IMG/VR virus record: IMGVR_UViG_2534681999_000018 | Coordinates: 1-14,827 of that record | Source: a virus | Taxonomy: Duplodnaviria > Heunggongvirae > Uroviricota > Caudoviricetes | DNA length: 14,827 bases | Direction: 5' to 3' (one strand) | Part shown: in pieces, positions 7,902 through 13,366 of the stretch | Layout of the letters: each line of letters begins with the position of its first letter | How positions within the stretch are numbered: the stretch's first letter is position 1 | Notes under the pieces: model-generated | What the model was told of the DNA's origin: nothing | Databases searched by the model: none | The model's input: the letters and a program-made list of their open reading frames with translations, nothing else | Program-made: the position numbers and the translations under genes

Positions 7902-8153
7902 ATGACCCAAAAACGCAGAGACAGAACAGAGCCAAAATATAAAGCGTTAGACATGACTGAGCACACCTTAAAGGTGGCAATCAGAACGATAGACCGCCAC
8001 ACGCGGGAAGGATACGCGAAGGAACATCCCGACCTGATAAGCGCATTCATGACCACGGCGGCGGCAAACTTTGCCACGCTGACAGAACGGGAGATTGCCG
8101 AAGCGGAACAGGTAACAACCATCAACGTTAAAACCGGAGAGGTGGAATTATGA
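7902..8153 (+). CDS. Hypothetical protein
   Basis: Track ORF 7872..8153 begins with GTG inside the iterons; ATG at 7902 preferred; stop overlaps the ssb start (ATGA). Confidence 0.45.
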   Translation: MTQKRRDRTEPKYKALDMTEHTLKVAIRTIDRHTREGYAKEHPDLISAFMTTAAANFATLTEREIAEAEQVTTINVKTGEVEL

Positions 8154-8560
8154 CGGCACAGATAGCCGCTTACGGGCGGCTGGTGGACGACCCGCAGGTA
8201 AAACAGACCAGCAAGGGCACACCGATGACGCTGGCGCGTATGGCGGTATCTTTGCCATGCAGCCAGGCACAGGACGGACAGGCGACGTTATGGTTATCGG
8301 TCATCGCATTTGGCAAACAGGCCGGCTTCCTGGCTAAACATCAAAAAGGCGATGTTGCCAGCGTATCCGGCACGATGCAGGTAAGCCAGTGGACCGGACA
8401 GAACGGAGAAACGCGGCAGGGCTGGCAGGTTATCGCAGACAGCGTAATCAGTGCCCGCGCGGCACGTCCAGGCGGGAACAGACGCAAAACCACAGGCACA
8501 CAGGGTAATCAGCCACCAGCGGGAGGCGATGACCCTTACGGTGATGATATTTCGTTCTGA
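8150..8560 (+). CDS. ssb: Single-stranded DNA-binding protein (SSB)
   Basis: 136-aa ORF; OB-fold-like N-terminal region, Gly/Pro/Gln-rich linker and acidic C-terminal tip DDPYGDDISF resembling the SSB DDDIPF tail. Confidence 0.8.
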   Translation: MTAQIAAYGRLVDDPQVKQTSKGTPMTLARMAVSLPCSQAQDGQATLWLSVIAFGKQAGFLAKHQKGDVASVSGTMQVSQWTGQNGETRQGWQVIADSVISARAARPGGNRRKTTGTQGNQPPAGGDDPYGDDISF

Positions 8561-8570
8561 GGGGGTGACG

Positions 8571-8843
8571 ATGGTACATGACCGCATAGCGGAGGAACTG
8601 GAGGCGAAAGGCTTTTACCGGAGGGCGGCGGCGCGATGGGGTGAAGTCATGCAGCTGGTGGAGACAGACAAGGAACGGCATCACATCACGATGCGACGGC
8701 TGGAATGTTCAAGGAAGGCACAGAGGGCACCGGAGCCGCCGGATAATTTCGGAGACCTGAAAAAGGCAGTCGATCGCACTTATGCCGAAATGGGTATAGA
8801 TGGTGCTGGTGATGAAATATGGCGCAATTACCAGGACAGCTAA
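8571..8843 (+). CDS. PerC/Pch-family transcriptional activator homolog
   Basis: 90-aa product from ATG 8571 (GAGGGGG RBS); N-terminal MVHDRIAEELEAKGFYRRAAARW matches the recalled PerC-family signature. Confidence 0.6.
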   Translation: MVHDRIAEELEAKGFYRRAAARWGEVMQLVETDKERHHITMRRLECSRKAQRAPEPPDNFGDLKKAVDRTYAEMGIDGAGDEIWRNYQDS

Positions 8844-8849
8844 TCAAAC

Positions 8850-8873
8850 AGCCGGAGAAATCCGGCTTTTTTT
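8850..8873 (+). terminator. Rho-independent terminator, copy 1 of a repeated terminator motif
   Basis: GCCGGAGAAATCCGGC hairpin followed by 7 T, just after the perC-like stop. Confidence 0.75.
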
Positions 8874-8969
8874 GCACCAGTTGAAACGGTATGGCGCATT
8901 ACCGGGTTTTCGTCACGGTCAGGCATAGTTACTATCTGAAACAAACAGACACAACAGAGGAAAAAAACA

Positions 8970-9194
8970 ATGCCGATGAAATTTGATGAGATATTAAAAC
9001 AGCGTGATAAATACCATGCTGACAACATGGAGACGATGAGCATCAATGATTATCGCGCATTCCTGGAGACGGGCGCACTGATTGAAAAGGATCAGCATGG
9101 TTTTGTGAGATGTGCTCTATCCGGTGAAATGCTGGCGGTAAATCCTGAACAGATAGATGCATTGATAGAATTTCTGAAAGAGATCAGAGACTGA
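8970..9194 (+). CDS. Hypothetical protein, moron-like (own unit between two terminators)
   Basis: 74-aa ORF with GAGGAAAAAAACA upstream of the ATG; flanked by terminators at 8850-8873 and 9215-9236. Confidence 0.5.
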   Translation: MPMKFDEILKQRDKYHADNMETMSINDYRAFLETGALIEKDQHGFVRCALSGEMLAVNPEQIDALIEFLKEIRD

Positions 9195-9214
9195 GCCAGC
9201 ACACAGCACACATA

Positions 9215-9236
9215 GCCGGAGCAATCCGGCTTTTTT
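9215..9236 (+). terminator. Rho-independent terminator, copy 2 of the repeated motif
   Basis: GCCGGAGCAATCCGGC hairpin followed by 6 T; one loop mismatch relative to copies 1 and 3. Confidence 0.75.
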
Positions 9237-9248
9237 GCGCCCAAAAAA

Positions 9249-9284
9249 AGCCCGATAAGGTCAGAGGGTTCTTATCGGGCTTTT
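9249..9284. terminator. Second hairpin, potentially bidirectional terminator
   Basis: AGCCCGATAAG / CTTATCGGGCT stem flanked by an A-run upstream and T-run downstream. Confidence 0.5.
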
Positions 9285-9360
9285 GCATATGAGGTTTTTG
9301 GATGCACTGGCGTTCGTGATCGGGATAATCATTTCATAATTTGCAACATAACTCAATATC

Positions 9361-9411
9361 ATTGCATAAAATGCAATTCTGATTATAATCAGGACTGGAT
9401 AAACATCCAGT
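9361..9411 (+). promoter_or_regulatory. Promoter upstream of the capsid operon overlapped by three palindromes
   Basis: TTGCAT (9362-9367), 16-bp spacer, TATAAT (9384-9389); palindromes ATTGCATAAAATGCAAT (9361-9377), CTGATTATAATCAG (9379-9392) and ACTGGATAAACATCCAGT (9394-9411). Confidence 0.55.
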
Positions 9412-9445
9412 TATGATTTTTTTAGTCGAAGAGGAATTTCTTACT

Positions 9446-9652
9446 ATGGCTGAAGAGAAAAAAAGCGGTGTTTCGGTGTACATAAGCCCCGAAATCGTGG
9501 AGGTGCTCAAGCAGCGCCACAAAAAAAACTATGAAGCTGGCGTTGCGGCTGGACTGGATCCGCTGATGACGCCGGAGCCGTCGATAGGTTCACTTGTACG
9601 CTCTTATTTACTTGCGGCGCTTGGGATGCATAAAAATTATGGGGGTGAATAA
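9446..9652 (+). CDS. Hypothetical protein
   Basis: 68-aa product from ATG 9446 (GAGGAA RBS); stop overlaps the capsid gene start (TAATG). Confidence 0.5.
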   Translation: MAEEKKSGVSVYISPEIVEVLKQRHKKNYEAGVAAGLDPLMTPEPSIGSLVRSYLLAALGMHKNYGGE

Positions 9653-10707
9653 TGGCAGGCAAAGCAACGGCACTTAACACTAACCAGCTTTTCATGTACC
9701 TGAATCGCGGGGATATTGCGGATTTTAAATTCAGCCCTCTGTTTACCACGCTGTTTTTCCCGAACGTGGCGACATTCAGCACGCAAAACATCATGCTGGA
9801 TACCCTGGACATTGAAGAAGTCACCATGTCGGCGTTTTGTTCGCCTATGGTGGGTAGCCAGGTTCAGCGCGATAAAGGGTACGAAACCAGCACAATCAAA
9901 CCTGGCTACATGAAGCCAAAGCACGAAATCGATCCAACGAAAACCATCATGCGCATGGCTGGAGAAGATCCGGCACAGCTTAACGACCCTACCTATCGCC
10001 GTATGCGCCTGATTACTGGCAACATGCGCCGCCAGATAAACGCCATTAAGGCACGCGTGGAATGGCTGGCGGTGAATGCGGTAACGACCGGAAAAAACAT
10101 CATTGAGGGCGAAGGCATAGAACGCTATGAAATCGACTGGAAAATACCGGAAAACTGCATCATAGAGCAGGCCAAGGGTAAAAAATGGTCCGAGCAGGAT
10201 AAAGACATGCACGACCCAATCTATGACATCGAGCTTTATGCTGATCAGGCTGGTTGCCCCGCAAACGTCATGATTATGGGCGCTGAGGTATGGCGCACAT
10301 TACGCAGCTTTAAAAAATTCCGTGAGCTGTACGATCTTTCCCGTGGTTCAGAATCCGCCGCCGAACTGGCCTGTAAAAACCTGGGCGAAGTGGTGAGCTT
10401 TAAAGGCTATCTTGGTGATCTGGCCCTTATCGTCTATTCCGGCAAATACACTGACAGCGATGGTACCGAAAAATATTTCCTTGAGCCTGATTTGCTGGTC
10501 CTGGGTAACACCAACAATAAAGGGCTGGTGGCCTATGGTGCGATAATGGATCAGGAAGCGGTAAGAACGGGCGCAACACAAAACATGTTTTACCCGAAAA
10601 ACTGGATTGAGGACGGCGATCCGGCGATTGAGTACGTGCAGACACACAGTGCACCGCAGCCGGTACCGGCAGATATTCGCAAATTTGTTACCGTCAAAAT
10701 TGGTTAA
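9652..10707 (+). CDS. Major capsid protein, lambda gpE family
   Basis: 351-aa product aligns by eye along its whole length with lambda gpE (341 aa), e.g. FKFSPLF, PGYMKPKHEIDP, DPTYRRMRLI, YSGKY, LVLGNT, YPKNW, HSAPQP. Confidence 0.9.
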   Translation: MAGKATALNTNQLFMYLNRGDIADFKFSPLFTTLFFPNVATFSTQNIMLDTLDIEEVTMSAFCSPMVGSQVQRDKGYETSTIKPGYMKPKHEIDPTKTIMRMAGEDPAQLNDPTYRRMRLITGNMRRQINAIKARVEWLAVNAVTTGKNIIEGEGIERYEIDWKIPENCIIEQAKGKKWSEQDKDMHDPIYDIELYADQAGCPANVMIMGAEVWRTLRSFKKFRELYDLSRGSESAAELACKNLGEVVSFKGYLGDLALIVYSGKYTDSDGTEKYFLEPDLLVLGNTNNKGLVAYGAIMDQEAVRTGATQNMFYPKNWIEDGDPAIEYVQTHSAPQPVPADIRKFVTVKIG

Positions 10708-10719
10708 CGGGGGGATTCT

Positions 10720-11055
10720 ATGGACACTCCATACATTGAGTTATTTGCAGGCAGTCAGCAGGTATCCACGACGTTGGTACATTTTGCCGCTGATGCTGGC
10801 GTTATTCAGGAATTTACCCCGCTGATGCTGGCAGACAATGGCGAGTTTAAGCCGTGGGATGGTCAGGAATCTGGCAAGGCTGTTTATCTGACCTCGTACC
10901 CTGTGGACACGTCAAAGCAGAAATCAGCACAGTGTTACAAGACGGGGATATTCAATATTGCCGCCGTTAACTGGCCTGAGAGCGTCGACACCGATGCGAA
11001 AAAATGCGCCGCCTTTGCGGGTTCCGGCGTATCCGTTCAGCCGCTGGCCCGATAA
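10720..11055 (+). CDS. Head decoration protein, lambda gpD family
   Basis: 111-aa product (lambda gpD is 110 aa) with TPLMLA, YKTGIFN, WPE and AAFAG segments matching gpD; GGGGGG RBS. Confidence 0.85.
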   Translation: MDTPYIELFAGSQQVSTTLVHFAADAGVIQEFTPLMLADNGEFKPWDGQESGKAVYLTSYPVDTSKQKSAQCYKTGIFNIAAVNWPESVDTDAKKCAAFAGSGVSVQPLAR

Positions 11056-11067
11056 GCAGGGGGAACG

Positions 11068-11481
11068 ATGGCAACGAATGAAAGCATCATGACGCTACCG
11101 CTGGCGAGTAAATTTAAAGTCGAAGCGCGGGCAATGGCTGACAGAGGTTTATCAACCTATGAGGCCGTATATCAACTAAACAAACTGGAAGAGCAGGACA
11201 AGCCGTGCGCTGATGCGATTATGGCGCTTCATGAGCATAAAGACTATCAGCCGCTGTTGCGTGCAATGGCAAACGTGCCTTGTATCGATGTTGGTACGGC
11301 TAAAAGCATCCTTAGCATGACCATAGAGCAGGAACGTCCGAAGGTTGCGCCGGAACTTACCGCAGCCTTTGAAAACTTTATGGACATGCACAGCCCGCAA
11401 GCCGTATCAGCTGGCATGGCATACGATGGCAGAAACCAGGGCGATGACGGCGACATCGATCGCATACTGAAAACCATCTGA
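11068..11481 (+). CDS. Hypothetical protein in the capsid/packaging module
   Basis: 137-aa ORF with AGGGGGAA RBS; no recognisable motif; between the gpD-like gene and cos. Confidence 0.55.
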   Translation: MATNESIMTLPLASKFKVEARAMADRGLSTYEAVYQLNKLEEQDKPCADAIMALHEHKDYQPLLRAMANVPCIDVGTAKSILSMTIEQERPKVAPELTAAFENFMDMHSPQAVSAGMAYDGRNQGDDGDIDRILKTI

Positions 11482-11486
11482 GACAA

Positions 11487-11509
11487 GGCCGGAGAAATCC
11501 GGCTTTTTT
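11487..11509 (+). terminator. Rho-independent terminator, copy 3 of the repeated motif
   Basis: GCCGGAGAAATCCGGC hairpin followed by 6 T, identical to the copy at 8850-8873. Confidence 0.75.
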
Positions 11510-11510
11510 A

Positions 11511-11580
11511 CGGGTCCTTCCTGGAATTATGGCCCGTTACGGGGCGGCGACCTCGCGGATTTTCGCTATTTATGAGCCTT
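11511..11580 (+). other. Lambda-type cos site, copy 1 (cosN GGGCGGCGACCT at about 11542-11553)
   Basis: CCCGTTACGGGGCGGCGACCTCGCGGATTTTCGCTATTTATGAG matches the recalled lambda cos junction (…CGTTACG|GGGCGGCGACCTCGCGGGTTTTCGCTATTTATGAA…) almost base for base; lies about 150 bp upstream of the Nu1-like gene as in lambda. Confidence 0.8.
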
Positions 11581-11686
11581 TTCAGGGTGGTGGTGGTGGT
11601 TTTGTTGTTTGATCTATCTTTATGAATGAAAAGGGAAAGATGCAAGCAATACACCAACCTGAAGCAGTAATTAAGTTGGTGTATTA

Positions 11687-12229
11687 ATGAAATCTCATCT
11701 GATGAACAAAAAAAACATGGCGAAAAGCTGCCGTGTAAGTGCGACAGCGTTCGACAAGTGGGGAGTAACTCCCGTTGAGCGTAAAGGCCGTGAGGCGTTT
11801 TATGATGTTGCCAGCGTGATAGAAAATAGGGTTAACAATGCAATTAGCCAGCTTATAAACGACAAAGGCGAGATTGACGATGATGAACTTTTACGAGTCA
11901 GGATCAGATTACTGACAGCACAGGCAGAGGCGCAGGAACTTAAAAACGATCGCGATCGCGGTGACGTGATTGATACTGAGTTTTGCCTGTACGCGCTTTC
12001 AAAGCTGGCGAGTCAGATTTCATCAATCATGGACAGCCTCCCGCTTACTATGCAAAGGAGCTTCCCACAGATTACCCCCGCCATGCTGGACAGGCTTAAA
12101 AGGGAAGTGGTTAAAGCCTGTAATGCCAGTGCCAGAGTTGCCGACAACCTCCCACAGATACTGGCTGATTACTTGAAAGAAACAACCGGAAACGTACCGG
12201 AAAAGTTGCTACAGAAGAAAGGCGAGTAA
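11687..12229 (+). CDS. Terminase small subunit, lambda Nu1 homolog (element-encoded)
   Basis: 180-aa ORF (alternative start ATG 11702, MNKKNM...); alignable with lambda Nu1 over the whole length (NKK, FYDVASVIE, LLTAQAEAQELKNDRDRGDVIDTEFCLYALSKLASQISSIMDSLPLTMQRSFPQ, PQILADYLKETTG); weak RBS. Confidence 0.85.
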   Translation: MKSHLMNKKNMAKSCRVSATAFDKWGVTPVERKGREAFYDVASVIENRVNNAISQLINDKGEIDDDELLRVRIRLLTAQAEAQELKNDRDRGDVIDTEFCLYALSKLASQISSIMDSLPLTMQRSFPQITPAMLDRLKREVVKACNASARVADNLPQILADYLKETTGNVPEKLLQKKGE

Positions 12230-12257
12230 CAGACGCGCAATTATTGAACAAAAATGA

Positions 12258-12319
12258 GAAAGGATCTGATAATGGCATTTTCTGGCTAAAATGCCTCGTG
12301 TCAGATCCTTTCTTTTTTT
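12258..12319 (+). terminator. Compound hairpin terminator after the Nu1-like gene
   Basis: Outer stem GAAAGGATCTGA / TCAGATCCTTTC enclosing inner stem GGCATTTT / AAAATGCC, followed by 7 T. Confidence 0.6.
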
Positions 12320-12379
12320 AATATTTTCATTGTTAAACAGTCTGTTACAGAGAAGAAGATCGGATCTGACTTTTGCCGG

Positions 12380-12451
12380 AAAATTCTCATAAACAGATAA
12401 AAACCGCGAGGTCGCCGCCCCGTAACGGGCCATAATTCCAGGAAGGACCCG
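12380..12451 (-). other. Lambda-type cos site, copy 2, inverted (cosN reverse complement AGGTCGCCGCCC at about 12409-12420)
   Basis: 12404-12451 is the exact reverse complement of 11511-11558 (48 bp); further lambda-like sequence (TTTATGAGAATTTTCCGG on the minus strand) continues toward the Nu1-like gene. Confidence 0.75.
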
Positions 12452-12484
12452 ACGACACCAGACTATCAGAGCGATGGGGGCACA

Positions 12485-12766
12485 ATGACAGAAGCCGAAC
12501 TACTGGGATTAATCCGCCGCGTCGCCGGAATCAGCCAGCAGCATGACGAACAGGCCACACAGCCGGACAGCGTGACCGCTGAAAATTATGTGCGTGTTGT
12601 AGCGGAAGTGATGCGCCGTGATGGTATAGAACTTAATGGCGTTGATATGCGCAACATACGGAACCGCGTTCTTGAAATGCTGGCCTACAATCGCCGCGTT
12701 GAACTGTATCGGGAGAAAGAAAAAATAACGTACCACTGGAAGAAGCCGGAACGGCTGCGGCGGTAA
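12485..12766 (+). CDS. Hypothetical protein
   Basis: 93-aa ORF with GGGGG RBS; outside the inverted cos pair; no recognisable motif. Confidence 0.5.
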   Translation: MTEAELLGLIRRVAGISQQHDEQATQPDSVTAENYVRVVAEVMRRDGIELNGVDMRNIRNRVLEMLAYNRRVELYREKEKITYHWKKPERLRR

Positions 12767-13366
12767 CTTGCTGATATTCCCGATAACGCAAAATTGCGCT
12801 GGCTACATCCTCACATCTGAGGACTGTTAATCAGAAGGCCGGAATATATTCACAAACTACGAAATTTTCGTAGTTTAATTAATGGTCAGATTAATCGCTA
12901 ACCCGCTGATATTTTCGGAAACCTCAATTTGAGGAAGTCGGAAGCGTCACCCTTCATATTCTGAATGGTCATAATGACCACGCAGACCATCAAGGCAACC
13001 ACAACGAACATCGTTACGGTTGGAGCTTTTACCCCACTGGGGGAAAGGTATTACGATAATCATAACACCTACCGAACAGGTAAAACCCACCAGCCTGATT
13101 AACAGTTAACCGGAAAAAAAATCCGGTAGCCCCGTTATGGGGATCCCCATATCGACATTAACGCCCCTCATGAATTGGTGCGCTTCCCCCTGGAAAGATT
13201 ACCCGCCTGTATATTTCTTGTGTCTATTTGTTCCACGTTGTTTCATACAGTGCACCGAACGGTGTAGTTAATGGTGTAGTCAATTTGCTGTTTTTAGCAC
13301 TTTTTGCAGTGTGGGTTGTTTAATTAAATCAATGGGTTGCCTTGCTGTGGTGATAAAAGGACATAT

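Noticed and set aside
7224-7910. 228-aa minus-strand ORF (and overlapping 7808..8125, 6826..7230, 6319..6534 minus ORFs)
   Set aside because: They run antisense to the well-supported helicase gene and the iteron region, with low-complexity Ser-rich translation; most likely shadow ORFs.
9379-9411. Possible LexA (SOS) box at the palindromes upstream of the capsid operon
   Set aside because: LexA boxes are CTGT-N8-ACAG (16 bp); here the arms are CTG-N8-CAG (14 bp) and ACTGGAT-N4-ATCCAGT, so the spacing does not fit.
9637-10212. 191-aa minus-strand ORF and 9716..9913 plus-strand ORF
   Set aside because: Overlap the gpE-like capsid gene, whose homology is unambiguous.
12898-13011. 37-aa hydrophobic minus-strand ORF (MFVVVALMVCVVIMTIQNMKGDASDFLKLRFPKISAG) resembling a small membrane peptide or type I toxin
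   Set aside because: No Shine-Dalgarno sequence or recognisable promoter; too short to separate from chance without conservation or ribosome-profiling data.
2168-13250. Exact direct repeats marking attL/attR
   Set aside because: Only imperfect similarity was found by eye (an 11-mer with one mismatch plus short shared motifs), which could be chance in T-rich sequence; exact att ends are unresolved.
13261-13284. Possible PhoP box in the tandem repeat downstream of phoQ
   Set aside because: PhoP boxes are (T/G)GTTTA direct repeats with 11-bp periodicity; this repeat is TAGTTA/TAGTCA with 12-bp periodicity and lies at the 3' end of phoQ.
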